Shown here one piece after another: positions 18,333 to 33,299 of a DNA stretch of 64,000 bases. A program made the translations under genes and the position numbers. A model generated the notes under the pieces. That model searched no databases. It worked only from the letters and a program-made list of their open reading frames with translations, and was not told where the DNA came from. Origin of the DNA: the human T2T-CHM13v2.0 reference genome, Homo sapiens; NCBI RefSeq assembly GCF_009914755.1, contig NC_060928.1; one strand, written 5' to 3'. How positions within the stretch are numbered: the first letter of the stretch is position 1; each line of letters starts with the position of its first letter.

Positions 18333-18878
18333 CCAGGAGGCTTTTCTGACTACTACAACTCATATTTATCTCTATGTTTTTATTACTTTTCTGTGTATTC
18401 CAATCAGGTTCTTAATGCTTTTTTGAACTGTTCATTAGTTTGTAGATGTGCATTTTGTTTTTTTCCCCTAATAATAAAGATTATAACTTTTTTAAGGGAA
18501 GGGATTACATCTTTAGCTCTTTGACTCTCCTTTATAGAACCTAGTGAGCAGCTGCATATAGTCTATTCTCAAAACTTGTTTGTGGAATGAATAAAAACAT
18601 GTTTATGTTGGTAAACCTTGTATGTACTGCATAGGTAATGTACCTGTATTAAGTCACAACAAGCAATTCTTCAAAATTTTTTTTTTGTAGAAATTTTGCT
18701 ATGGGTAAAAACATTTTAATGCAACTAATAGAATTTTAAAAAATGCAATGAAGTATTCGTTGCCTTGAGGATATTGGTAAAAATGTTATTTGAGCTTAAT
18801 TACATCAAGACCAAGGGAACAAGAAACACATTGCTTCACTTATATCATGGTATTTGATCTCCTGTCTCATTTTGGTAG

Positions 18879-19060
18879 TTGGAATATAAAACTACCACAA
18901 CATGGAACAGTACACCAGTGATACACAGGCCTGTAACTCTCACATTTAAACCTGGGGCTTGAGGCTTACTAATGGAAGTGAATGCTCCAATTTTCAATGA
19001 TCCCCCAGCACCATCAGGGGGCACCAGGGCAACCTTTTAATGAACTCTAGAAGTATGAAG
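18879..19060 (+). pseudogene. C4orf33-paralog exon (matches C4orf33 aa 1-60)
   Basis: [58 protein letters not shown] vs recalled [60 protein letters not shown]. Acceptor tttggtAG, donor G|GTTAGA. Lesions: TGA 18960, extra G in 19017-19021, TAG 19048. Confidence 0.92.
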
Positions 19061-19689
19061 GTTAGAGATTTTGTATTTTGAGTGCCAACAGTGAGAAAAA
19101 TGAAGAACACACATTATGATATGCGGCCATGTTTTCTTACAGTAGCTATTATTTTTCTCGGAGTTTCCAAATACCTCAGCTTATTCAACATGAGTATCTG
19201 AAAAATTTAATGACTCAGAAAGCTGGGCCAAAGATTGTGTGAACCGGAATTGAGATTTTTGGAATGAACAGTCTATATTTGATAAGCATGTAAGAAAATT
19301 ATCCATGAAACAATATTAATTAGTAATTCATGTGAAAATGTTAGTCCACATAGTCAATACAGATAATTGTTTTATTTCAGGTATTGAGTGGTATTTGCAA
19401 AGCACTAAATTTAAATTGACAGTGTTCTTTGAAGTTCTAGGAACTATAAGTTAAAACTGTGCCCCTTTAAAAATTGTACAGCAGTATTGTGATGCTTAGT
19501 TCTAACAAGTTATCTATAGCTTTTGAAGAAAGATTTTAAATGTAGATATTTTGTGTTTTTAAAATTTATGGACTTCACTGACTAATTTAGGGAAAATTAG
19601 GTGACTGTTTCAGAGATTCATAATATATTGGAACTCTGCCTGTGAAGGATCCAGTCAGTTAGCTCCCTTAAATATACCTGTCCCTATAG

Positions 19690-20610
19690 TATGGAGTAAA
19701 ATATTTGCAAACTGCATAGAACAAAAGACTAATGTATAGAATCTATAAGTAATTTAATAAGAAAAAGGCAGACAAAGGATATGAATAGGCACTTCTCAAA
19801 GGAAGACATAAAAGCAGCCAACAAACATACAAAAAATTGTTCATCATACCTAATCATCAGAGAGATGTAAATCAAAACCGCAACGTGATACCATCTCACA
19901 CCAATCAGAATCGCTATTACTGGAAAGTCAAAAAATGACAGATGTTGTCAAAGTCATGGAGAAAGGAGAACCCTTGTATACTGTTTGTGGGAATGCAAAT
20001 TAGCTCAGCCCCTGTGGAAAGCAGTTTGGAGATGTCTCAAAGAACTAATAATAGATTTATACCATTTGAGTCAGCAACCCCATTACTGGGTATATACCCA
20101 AAGGAAAATAAATTATTCTACCAAAAAGACACCTATAAGCATAGGTTTATTGCAGCACTATTCACAACAGCAAAGACATGGAATCAAAGCAGGTGCTCAT
20201 GAATCTTGGATTGGATAAGGAAATGAGGTAATTATGCACCATGCAATAGTATACAGCTATAAAAAAGAATGAAGTAATGTCCGTTGCAGCAACATGGATG
20301 CAGCACAAGGCCAGTATCCTGAGAAAATTAAAATAGATAAAAAAAACCAAATACCACATGTTCTAACTTACAAGTGGGAGCTAACCATTGGGTGCATGTG
20401 GAAACAAAGATGAGAACAATAAACATTGAGATTTCCAAAAGGGAGGAAGAAGGAAGTGGGGGACAAGCATTGAAAAACTACTTATCAGGTATCATGTACA
20501 TTACTTGGGCAACGGGATTATTAAGTGCCCATACTGCAACATCATGCAGTATACCTGTGTTACAAATAAGCACATGTTCTCCCTGAATCTAAAATAAAAA
20601 TAATAAAATG
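19690..20610 (+). mobile_element. L1 3' end (L1PB/L1MA-type)
   Basis: ORF2 C-terminal motifs (CKLAQPLWKAVW, FIAALFTTAKTWNQ) plus a 3'UTR ending gaatctaaaataaaa. Confidence 0.85.
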
Positions 20611-20614
20611 CTTT

Positions 20615-20690
20615 GTGGTATAATATATATTACATTATATTACTAGATGATATATAATTATGTATATATTATATATATATATATATATAA
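20615..20690. repeat. (TA)n-rich repeat
   Basis: Seen directly in the sequence. Confidence 0.8.
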
Positions 20691-22471
20691 TGTCTACAGC
20701 TGAGGTTTCTTGACTTAAAACTCAGAACCTTCCAACATATGATGATACTTTGATTTGAAAAAATCCATTTCTTAGGCTACTAGAATTTAATCAGTAGACA
20801 TTCTTTGTTTGGAGTCACTTTTGAATAATATTTACAATTTCCTCATGAACATGAAAACCTGTATTTTCTTTACACTAAACCTTATATACCTAAATATGAA
20901 CTTGTCCTCCTACAAAATCTCTTCATTTCCAACTTGCCAGTTCAGTTAAGTTATTTTCCAAGTTACCAGCTTTCAGAGTCTGGTGTTATCATTGACCTCT
21001 TAGTCATTTGTTGTTGTTGTTGTCCACAAACAGTTATCGATTCTTGTTAATTCCTCTTTGCCGATATCCCTTGAATATGTCCCTTCATTTCCATCATCAG
21101 CATTGGTGCTTGAAGACCATCTAGACTATTATAATATGGTCTCAGAGGCTGTACCTGCTGCCAGTGCCTCTGTTCCACACTCAATGACCTGGCTAGCTGT
21201 CCTGAAACACCACTTTGATTATGTCACTCCATTGTTTTCAAGATTAGTAGCTTGCAAGGTTAAGCTCAAAGTTGTTAGGTAGACATTTCAAGGCCTTTAA
21301 TTGGCTGCTCCTGAACCTGTGTTCAGTTACTGTTCTTCCAAAAGCCTCTGCCCCGACCAAGCAGGTTTTCTCCTTTTAACTTAAATGATTTGAACCTCTG
21401 AATACACAGAATTTTTTTCTTTTTGCCTACTCCAATCCTTCATTTTAAACCTCATTAAAATGACACCTCCTCTGTGAATCCTTCTAAAACAGTTTCAGTT
21501 TATGGTGATTATCTTTTGAGTTTCTGCAACATATACTATCTGTGCCATTCACTTAGAAATGTATTATATACTGCTTTGTGGCATTTACATAGCACCATAC
21601 TGAATTTTCTCTTATATTTTGATTGCTGCTTAAACTCTTATGCATTGTCTTATTTCCTTTGTTTTATTTTAAAATCCTCGAAGGCAAGAACACGTATTTT
21701 CTCTCTCCTCAGTGGATTTATTGTAAAGCTAATAAAGCTTATGCTTCAGGGCTCACTTGCATAGATCCCTTCTAAGATTCTGTGTCTGTGTTACAATTCT
21801 GTATTTCTTTTTTTTTTCAGAATTCCCCAAATTGTCTAAACTTCTGGCCCCACAAACCCTGACTCCGGCCCTGAATGGCAATGCTGGCTAACAATGTTCA
21901 TTGTGTGCTTACTGTTGAGACGGTTTTGCTGTACTACAGTATTTCTGTTTGGCTGCAGATAGAAAAAACACTCCTCCCCAACCCTACAATGGCCCCAGTA
22001 TAATTATGTTAATCTCCGAATTTATAACAAAAAAATATAGAAATCCAGCAGAAGCAAAGGCACACAAGGCAAGAGAAAATATAGGATTTCTCAGAGCAGC
22101 TTCCTTTGGTCCCAAAGTCTTGGTAGTGACACAATTACAGCCAGGCTCAGTCATGAAGGCTCTGAGAAACTGAATACTTTGTTATGTCACTCCTCTTTAT
22201 GTTTTGGATTTATGTTATCATCCAAGAAAATCTTCTACTAGCAATAATATGTCCTCGGGGAGAAATATTTGAAGACATCTGCATTTTCCTGGCTCTCAAG
22301 TCAAAGGAAGCATCAGAAGGTCAGAAGCTTAAGGAGGGATAGGGAAATAGAAACACATCAGTACCCAGGATGCCCTGAGCAGGATTTCTGTCCCCAGCTT
22401 GGTAACATTTTAGCAAGTGCTTTACAATTGTTCCTTCAGTCCTCATGGCAATCCTGTGAGAGAAGCATGGT

Positions 22472-22936
22472 TGTTTCTGTAGGTAGCTAGTTAGGTATGA
22501 GCAGAGCAAACACACACACCAGGAGTGTCGGGCGACCATCAGGTGATGGACAGGAGGTTGTTAACTGTCTCGCTAAGGAAATAATTAGTCACAGCTGGCA
22601 CCAGGCAAAGGCTGGTTCCTACTAGATAGAAAACACCTGAAACTAGCAATCAGCAGTTTCCAATAAGATCTCAGGCGTGGGGAGAAGTAATGCAAGACTC
22701 CAGAAGTACGCCAATGTATAAAGCCCCAAGTCAAGAGGTCAAGCCGCACACTTGGTCTTTCAAGTCGCCTGCTTGGTCCTCTTCCAAAGGTAACTTCCTT
22801 CCTTTCATTACTGCTCTGAAACTTGCCTTGGTCTTTCCTTTTGCCTTACACCCCTCAGTCAAATGCTTTCTTCTGAGTAGGCAATAATTGAGGTTGCTGC
22901 AGACTCGTATGGATAACTATAATACCACTGCTAACA
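22472..22936 (+). mobile_element. ERV1 solo LTR (MER83/MER50 family) nested in a MIR
   Basis: ggcgaccatcaggtgatgg...tagatagaaaacacctgaaact...gctaaca; 4-bp TSD TGGT; MIR halves on both flanks. Confidence 0.78.
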
Positions 22937-23735
22937 TGGTGACTACTACCGTTTTGCAAATGAGGATGTAGAGGCTCAGAGAAGTTCATGATCTTGCCTA
23001 AGATCACGCAGTGGGTAAATGATAGAGCTGGTACTCAAAGCCAGATTATCTGATTTTAGCACTAGAACTCTTAGCCACTGTGCAAGACTCTGGGACATGA
23101 AAACAGCTCCTGACTAGAGTGGTAATAGTAGAAAGATTCTTTTGTATTATCTTTTTTAAAAAAATCTTTTTGAAATCCCCTTCTTATTTATTTATATTCC
23201 TCAACTCAGTTCTTTGACATTAGTTTTGAAAAATGTGCTCAGAGAAAACAAAGTTTTCATGGTGAAAAAAGTTTGGAAAACACTGCAAATTCTATTTGTC
23301 CTTTGGAGGATCACTGAGTATTAGCATAATAACAACTCCAAAATCTTTCAGAAGAGAAATGTCTCATTTTATTAATCCAGTGTATCCCAAACATATTTGA
23401 CCACTGTAATTTTTAACATAATAGTAATACTAATAACAACAATGGCAACTACTATTTTTGAATACTCGCTGAATCTTGTGATATAGATACCATTTTTATC
23501 CCTGTTTCATAGATCAGAAAACTGAGACATAAAGCAATTAAGAAATATGTCCAAGGACACATAAGTGGTGGCGGCATAATTTGAACTCACCTTCTTTGCA
23601 CGTACAGCCCTCACTCGTAACTACTATTCTAAACTACTTCCCATATTTAATGCCCATTATCTGTAGAAATTCTGTGGAATTAACGTTTCCAGGAAATCAC
23701 TTTGAGAAACAACTGGAGTAGAATATTTTGTATAG

Positions 23736-24049
<314 letters not shown>

Positions 24050-24252
24050 GCTTTTACTTTTAATATTCACAAGGTCCTGAGGACGTTACATTGCATTTTC
24101 CAGAAACGATTGGCAGTACTGTTGAATATAAAAATTTCCTTTTATAAGGTACTAGACTTCCCTTCTTCAGAGTGTGACCCTTTACAAATGTTTACTTTCT
24201 TCAGTTTTTCTGAATTAAATCTCTTACTATAATGATTGTTTTTTATTTGCAG

Positions 24253-24309
24253 TGGTTGGGTCATTTTTTTTGAACCACAGGACTAAGCAGTACCTTGAGG
24301 TGGAACTCG
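24253..24309 (+). pseudogene. C4orf33-paralog exon
   Basis: ttttatttgcAG|(V)VGSFFLNHRTKQYLEVEL|GTAAAT vs recalled VVEAFFLNDITEQYLEVELCP. It appears ~4 nt short at the 3' end, giving a phase mismatch with the next exon. Confidence 0.88.
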
Positions 24310-27300
24310 GTAAATTCTCTTGTAATGCATACTTAAAGCTGCTCACTGCTTTTGACTAGCTTTCTAAATAGTTTTTAAAAATCAGTAAACTCTCATTCTA
24401 TTTGGTTTGCAAAATATGCATGAATCCCATCTGTATTTATTATTTTAGACATCGTGCAAAGTTCGAAGAATTGGACTATGCATTTCCTATGAAATGCAAA
24501 ATCACACGTAAGTGGAGATTATGATGTTTTCTTAAGGCTGACCCACTTCCTGATTTAGGTTCATCATGATGATACCTTTTCATGAAACTAGTCTCATGGA
24601 TCTCAAAACTGTGGAGATTTTAGTGTAGGTGCGATTTCCAGTGATTTTTAGGATACTTATGACCCTGATGTAACTCCATTAAATAAGTTCTATGCACACA
24701 TGCCCCACCCCACCCCTTATGCTTTATAATCTCTGCCTGTGAGTCAACAAGCAAGCAAAGTTTAGCAGATAATTTCCTAATGAGAGAAATTCCGAGCTCC
24801 AAAGCCTTTACTGTAAACTTCAAAAGCTTAAAGTTTAAAGTGATCCATTCAGCTCTGTCTGGCTATCATCCATTTCTATACAAAATCCATACAAGGTTAA
24901 TAATATGACTCTCTGACCTTCATTGTGCTTTAACATTTCCTCTGGCATTTGACGAATAAACGCTATTGACACCTGGAAAGATGGATGAAAGATGTATTCT
25001 CAGTCAGGGAGTATGATTTGCAGATGCACTGCATAGTTATAGCTTTAAAGAAAGAAATAATTCTTTAGGTAGTCATTTTGGATAGTTAAATACAATTTCA
25101 CCACATTTAGAAAGCGCTTACCACATTTCAGCATATTTGAATCACTGTGAATTCTGCCTGTTGAAAATGGTATACTGGACTTCTTTTCTATAACAGACAA
25201 TCATCCAAGAATGTTCTTTGCCTCCTCAAATTAACCTCACCCACAGATTTTTCTCTTTTGTTCCTTAAAGTGCTTATACATTCTGTCCTCTTCTCATAAG
25301 GCTTGCTACGTGATTTTCTAACATGTAATGAATTAACAAATTCATTTAGGTACAGCTGAGTCACTTAACCTATAATTGAAAAAAATAGCATGTGTCTTTT
25401 TATCCTTTAATGATGAAAGGAAATAATGTATATGGTAAAACATTTCAAAAATAATAAAAGATACACAAACATAAAAGCCACGTAACATTACTACTCAGGT
25501 AAAGTCATTATTTACTGTTGAATGTACAACCAGGTGTCTCCATTGGTGTCTCAAAGGCCGAATATGGTCAGCAGATTTTTTTTTTTTTTGTCAGCTTACA
25601 ATGTGCTTTTACAATTTTGAATTTTAGCGCTTATATTCAGAGTGTTTCTTACAGTCACAATGCATGCGTGGTCTTGTGCATATTTTGAACATGAGATCCC
25701 TAGGATCATAGACAGCATTTTATTTGCTGTACATTATCATATTATTGTAGAAAATAAGCAGAAGCAATCAGCATTAGATTCTTTCAGCCTCAAGTCCCAA
25801 ATTCCTAGTCAGATAATTTGCTTTCCATTGCACTCCTCTCTAAGGAGAAAAAGGGCAGGTAGCAAGGGGAACTACCATGCTATTTTGGCTTTGTCATTAC
25901 TAACATTGCTGAGATGCTTAATTAATTTGGATGTTGTACATATGAACTTTTGTGCATCTATCAAGTAGATCTGATCCTCATTTCTTTAATTGAAGCAAAG
26001 TGTGAGATGATAAAATGAACCAACCAATGAGGCATTTTAAAGCATTGTACTATTATTGCCAAGTCATGTTCATGAAACCTAGGGTCTGCTTATTGTGAAA
26101 TCATTTGTTTTAGATAACATGACTGACACTGATGTAATGCTTACTCTGTGTCAAATACTGTTCTGAGCACTGTCCACATTTTAAATCTTTTAATGACTCT
26201 GTAATCTATCTTATAGATGAGAAAACATGTGCCTCCCAATGAGCAAGTGGCAGGGCCTAAATATGAATCAAGGCAGTCTGGCTTCAGATTATGTGCTTTT
26301 TAAAATCCTCATGCACTAGTGACTCTGTTGCTAACTTAATAATTATATTAACTTGAGTTGGTAAGATAATTTCTTCAAAATAAATTCGTCATTTTCAGTA
26401 TTCTTTCTAATTGTGTGGAAATTCACAACTCATAGAGGAGAAAGTTTTAATAAGTAAAACCCAAGTGTTCTGCAATTTTAATTATACAAATGTATAAAAT
26501 ATTAAAAACAGAAAACAAAAATAGTGCCCATATTTGAAAATCTTGAGTATTCATAAGACTTGAAATATTTTGATTTATAAACTTATTCTGTACCTTAGGT
26601 ATTTTGTAATTAAGTAAAATAGAAAATCTCCTGTGTGCATTGGAATTCTTTTCATTAACAGCGAAAGAAGTACAACTCATAAAAAAGAGGCTTGTTGGCT
26701 CAGGTTTCTAAGAAGATCAGAGGTGAACTAGGTGGCCTGCCTCAGACCTGAATGAATCCCAAGATCAGAGCGATGTAAACGGGCATTTCTCCCTTGCTCT
26801 GTACCCTTCTCATACTCCCATGCCTTACCCCTCATTCATCTCTGTCTCTTACAAATCTGTGTGCGTCTGTCTTAATTTATTCTTTCCTCTTATAGAAAGA
26901 GGCTTTCATTTTGTAGTAGAGTTGAGGGAGCTGACTCAGGCAGGTGAAAATTTGCAGCAGTGCTAGCTAAGCCACCTTAGAGGAAACAAAGATTTTTTTT
27001 CTTCCTATTTCAGCATGTAAAGATAAGGGGTCTGTGAATCACAGAGTTGGAAGGGAGAGGAGCTGTTAGTTCTCCAAGGGACTGACGGCTCTGGGGGAAA
27101 GGGAGAAACATTAGCTAGAAGAGAGAAGTGACTGGTGTCTGTTATACCTCATTACATACAGTACATTCATAATATAATTCTTAAACATAAATCCTTGTGG
27201 GTTATTCAGGTGCATCACGTTTTGTTTCTTCTTTTCTATCAGGAACTCTGCCTTTTGGAGTACTGAATACAAAAATGAGTAAGTGTGGATAAATCACTTT

Positions 27301-28669
27301 TCCTATACATCAGGAACTACTAAAATATGTTTTAGGAAGATGAGCTTGAAATTATTGAAATTTTAATTTCTTCTGTTAAAAACATTTCTCTTGTGTAGTC
27401 CCAGAGATTGAGAAGAAATTCAAGAGTTTATCATTTTTGATTTTTAAATTTCTTATGTGTTAAGACTTCCAGGTGGTAACAGTTTTGCTTAATTAACTCA
27501 CAATATATGACTAATTGGAATATTTTGTTACTTAGATTGTAAAGGTAAGCATTTTAGTGTAAGTAGTTAGTGCCATAAAGATACGAGTGATCTGATCTTT
27601 CCAAGGCGAGATCCTGGAAGGAAATAGAATATCTAGCTATATTTTAAGTACTGCTTCATTTAATTTTAATAGAGCATTCTTTCACATAGTTTCTAATTCT
27701 TAAAATAAGTTTGTTGTAGAAAATAAAATCATTTTTATGTAAAAATGTCTTGATTACTGATTCATTTATTTTAAACACCTTGTTCCAGTGTTATTTTAGG
27801 CACTGGAGATACAGCAATGGAAAAAAAATTGGGTAAAAGTCCTTTCCTCCTGGTACTTTTATTCAATGAATTTATAGTGCATAAATTATAATATGAATAG
27901 TCATATAATTAACATCACATTATAAATACTATGTGATTGATTTACAAATAACATTTGTCGAGGATTTACTATATTCCAGGCCATTTTAAGCATCTTATAC
28001 ATATTGTCACATTTTGTCTTTACCTGGGAGGAAAGTATCATTATTTTATCCATTTTACAGGTGAGGAAACTTTAGGTATAAGAAACTGAGGTATACTAAA
28101 TGGCACAGCAAGGATTCCAATAGAGATTTGTCTCACTTGGAAGCTCACACTCTTAACTATAACACTATGTTACTTTCAGTGCCCAGAGCGTTGGCAGGTG
28201 CACAGTAGAGACTCGATAAATGATTGTTGAATAAAATTATTTTGGAGCCCCACTGAAAACAATGGCATTGTGTTAGGCACTAGAGATGGTGCAAAGATGA
28301 GCGTAGCATAGTCTTTGCCTTATTTGCTTTAATTAAACTTATAAATAAGCTGGAGGGAGCCATTAACTAAGGTGCTTGTAAAGTGACAGAATCTAGGGCA
28401 GGCATAAATATAAGTATGGCAAAAGTCAACCAACAGCATGTTATAAATTAGGATGTTAAATTACTCCATGATTGTAACATGAATCAATCAAGGAGTCTAA
28501 AACTGCTATTGTAAATGATAAATGAAAGATTTTTGATTCCAATTACGTTAATCTCAAAGCCATAGTTCTACTTTTATACTCTGAATCTGGAATCCGTTCT
28601 CTAGATTCTCAAACATTTTGTTTGTAAAATGTGGTTATTTTGTTTTTCAAAAAGAATAGGAACATGTGA

Positions 28670-28988
<319 letters not shown>

Positions 28989-29095
28989 AAAACTTGGTAT
29001 TATATAAAAATTATCTTTAAAGCAAATTTTTTTCATAATCATTAAGACTTGTTTCCCAGTAATCTAGTTCTTGGCTATAAATTACTTGGTTCTGA

Positions 29096-29404
<309 letters not shown>

Positions 29405-30040
29405 TCAGTTCTAAAAGTTGTCTTTTCTTTACTCGTTTTTGCCTCACTCCCTCCTGTCATTTCATCCTGCCTCCCATTTTCTTGCCTTCCTCCCAACTTT
29501 CCTTTTCCTACTTAGTATAGAACCATAAAATATTAGAGCTGGAAGAGACTTTAAGGGCCGTATATCCAAAACTTTTATTTGGTTCAGAAATCTCTCCTTC
29601 CAATTAGTGGTGGAGCCCATTATTCAGCCTTTGTTTGAAAAGAAAATCTCATGTTGCAAGTGCAATATCTTCTAAAGAATGTTATTGTTAGTAATTTCTT
29701 ATATTTGAGGCTCCCTCCTTTATATTTGTTGTGTTGTTCCTAGTTTTGTCCTTTAGATTAACAAAACAAGTTTTATTTCTCGTCTGTGTAATTAGTTTGG
29801 CTAAAATCTAATCACAGGGCCACATCTCGCTGCAAGGGAGGCTGAAAATATCACCTGTAGCAGTCATGGGCCAGCTAAAAGGTAGCAGGGGAGAGCAGAT
29901 ACTGGTGAACAATCAGCAGGAATGTTTCATGCAGAAAACAGGAAAACAAGTGAAACATGAACATCATTTTATGTGTTCTTTCATATGATAGTTGATTAGG
30001 TGTGGCTACAGGAGAGGCTCAGGGAAGCAAAGTTTATTAT

Positions 30041-30204
30041 ACAGATACGTCTCAACTTATAAGGAGGCTGACAAATCCATCCTAAGTTGAAAATAATGTA
30101 AGCTGAAAATGGAAGTGCATCTTCACACTGAACGTGTCACTTTTGCAGCATCACAATGTTGAAAAACCGTTAAGTCTAACCATCCTAAAATGGGGACCAT
30201 TTGT
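30041..30204. mobile_element. Tigger5/MER47-like MITE
   Basis: TA-flanked, cagatacgtctcaacttat ... atggggaccatttg inverted termini. Confidence 0.6.
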
Positions 30205-31495
30205 ACCCACAGGCCCTAGAAATTGGAAGCAAGGCCATATGGGAAAGCATCAGCTTTAGTCAGGATGCAAAAGGGCAGGAGCCAGGGGAGAGCCTGGGCC
30301 GTGGCTTTTGCTGGTGCAGGAAAGACAGGGTAGGTAAACAGTTTAGGATTGGGAAGTTTAAAAAATTTTGACAGCCTCTAAACTATGAGATAGGGGCTAT
30401 CCTCCGTTGCATGGTACCTGGCCTTGGGTTGTTTAAAGCAGAGGAATATTGCTTCCTGGGGTGTATGGATAGAGAAGATATGGCTCTGGATTGGTTACTT
30501 TGCATCTCAAAGGCATGCTCCCAGCTGGGCCCTTTGCTATTTCTAATAATTGGCTAGTTTCTGGATGGGCAGTCTTTCCTAGCCAGAAAGGCTTTTTTTA
30601 AGATTCCAAAAACATCCTAATATGCAGAAAGTAAAAAATATATACCATATACATCAGTGTAGGAAGTAAAAAACTTTAGGTCAAATAGTACTACATTGAG
30701 TGTCCATTAATTGTCCATTATTATAAATGAAAAATAATTAAATTTAAAGATAAAAGGTATTAAATTTCTGTAATTTAATTTTCTCATGTTACCAACTTTG
30801 AACACTACTGATCGAATGTTAATTTTAAAACATTATTGGGAATCCTAATTCTTAAGAGACGTTTCTAAGATACTCATTCTTTAACTTTTTTGATAAGGCA
30901 ATTTAGCTTCTAACCTTACAAATATGACACCTGTCGGGTATGTACTTAATGCAGATTTTGGTTGAAATGCACGTGTCTCTTGTGTGAAAGGCAGTAAATC
31001 GGGTAGATGCTGGTACATTTACATCTCTGACAATTTGTGAGTAGAATACATTAGCGTATTACGTACACTGTGTTGAACGTTATTAACGTGAATCCAAACA
31101 GCTGGTCCTGAAATTGATGTTCTTTTATCTGATAATTAACTTTTCCTGTTACTTGAAGAGGTAAAAATGTAAATGAAGTTCAGATTTATGGACATTGTTT
31201 AGCACACTTTTTATAGTAAGTTTTTTAAAAAGCGGGGAAATGTATATAATCTATGCAAATGGAAAAGACAAATCCCTTCCTTTAAAATCTGTAAATGTAC
31301 ACACTCTGTGTCCCACCATTACTGGTTCTCAACTTCTGTCATTTAAATAGCCACTATTTTCCAAGAATAAGCTACTAGAAAATCATGAATAAAATTATAT
31401 AAAAAATGAAAATTGGATGACATTTTGACTTGAAAATACTTGAGCTATTGGCCTAATTTCATCTTTATCATTATGATTCTCTTTTGTTTGCTTAG

Positions 31496-31544
31496 GTACG
31501 GACAGCACCTAGTCCTGCTGGTCTGCCATGGTGAAGCATTTGCT
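31496..31544 (+). pseudogene. C4orf33-paralog exon
   Basis: cttttgtttgcttAG|g-YGQHLVLLVCHGEAFA|GTGAGT vs recalled HGQHLVLLLSGRRNVWK. Confidence 0.85.
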
Positions 31545-32527
31545 GTGAGTAATACAAATCTATATTAAATTGATTTAATCATTATGCTACAATTACTATA
31601 TCTTGAAATGCAGGTTTAAATGTTTTTGGGAATTCAAAAACGTACTTTTTTTTTAACTTTGACTTTCTCCTCTAAAGTTCTGGGAAAAGGAAACAAAATA
31701 AGAGAGCTCAAGGACTTGAGAGGGTTGTATCTGTGAGGCTAATATTTTTTTAATGAACCCCTGGTTTGGATGGTTTATGAGTGGGTCCTTCATAAGACTT
31801 ATTGCTTTATATGTGCTCTTGCACACTGGATTTAGTAATGATAACTGCTCTTCTGGGAACAGAGTTTCTTCTACTCAGCTTCCTAAAAGGAACAGCAGAG
31901 AATAGTGTGTACTTTGTTGGAAAATCTTATATAAACTGAGGACACTTTCAACAATGTAGAACCATAAATTTTTTTAAAAAGTGAAATATTTCAAAATGAC
32001 TGAGAAGCACAGAAAATAATGACACTTACCACCTGGAATTAACTCTCACTACCTGAATTTGTCAGATATTAAAAAATAAATCATTATAGACACACCAAAT
32101 CTCACCTCTTAATCCTTTTCTTTTCCTTCCTTTCTTCTCTCTTCCTTTTTCATTTTTTTCTACTTTCACTATTCTAAAGTTGGTCTGTATTATTTCCATG
32201 GTATTTTCATGCCTTTCAATATGTGTATTCATAAAAGACATATTTTATGTATTTTGAAAGTTTATAAAATGACGTATTCTTGTTAATTAATTAAAAAAGC
32301 GATTAAGATGTTTTTGTAAATGACAATATGAGGCATATATATATATAGAGAGAGTCATAGGTATAGATATATAAATTATATAAATATGGCAGAAGTCAAA
32401 TATTTTGCAAAGTTGTATATTTTGCAATGGCTCATGTTAAGTGCTGTATTTTGTTTCAATATATAGAACTCATATGTTCCTCAATTGGTGGACAATTAGG
32501 TTATTTCCATAGAGTTTTTAAAAGCAA

Positions 32528-32947
32528 TTTTATTTTTATTTTTATTTTTTTCAAGAGAATTAAATCGTTTATTGATTACACATGATAATGGATGATGCAC
32601 AAGCTTCATTCCCATCTATAATTTTATCTGGTACCATTATTCAATTTAGATATATTGCATAGGATGTGCCAACAATCACTTTTATAACCAATAATTCCAT
32701 GATTTTGCTTGGGTAATCCCTTTTAATGGTGAACTTCAGGTCACAACAGTAACTATCAGTTCAACTACACCAAGGTTTCCAAAGACAGTGGCTTCGCCAC
32801 CCTAGCAGGTTGTATATAAATTCCAAATAGAACCTGGTATCACCCTGAAGGAATTCTAACTTCACACTTTTGGGGAAATTTACCAAGATGGCTTCAGAGT
32901 AGACTAACTTTACACAGCACATTTTAAAAAAAGACATTTATTCAGTG
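32528..32947 (-). pseudogene. HNRNPA1P: HNRNPA1 3'UTR-only processed retrocopy
   Basis: Matches the recalled reverse complement of the HNRNPA1 long 3'UTR (gattacacatgataatggatgat...cacaagcttcattcccatctataattttatctggtacc). Poly(T) at 32528-32551 and tttatt at 32568. Confidence 0.75.
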
Positions 32948-33299
32948 TGTTTTAAAAATTATTTTACAAACACACATGGTTTAGAAGATCAACTGCAGGG
33001 CTTATGAGTAAATGGAGCACTGTTTGCCCCATTACTCCTCACTCTAGTCTTGTTCCCTCACAGGCAACTGCTTGTAAATATCAAGAGTTGTCTTTGTATT
33101 TACTTTATTAATTATTTCTGAATAATATACAGATACTGGCCTTTTCTAATTCATCAAGCGAAAAGTCTTATCTATTCACCTCCTGTTATAGTGGTTGAGG
33201 ATTTAGCTCTCTTTTCATCACCTTCCCTCCTTACTCCATCCTTTCAGAACACTTACGTCACAAATTTTAGTTAAATTATCAGTGTTTATACTATGATTT

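Noticed and set aside
27243-27284. AG...GTAAGT micro-exon candidate
   Set aside because: No homology, and it is not needed for the paralog gene model.
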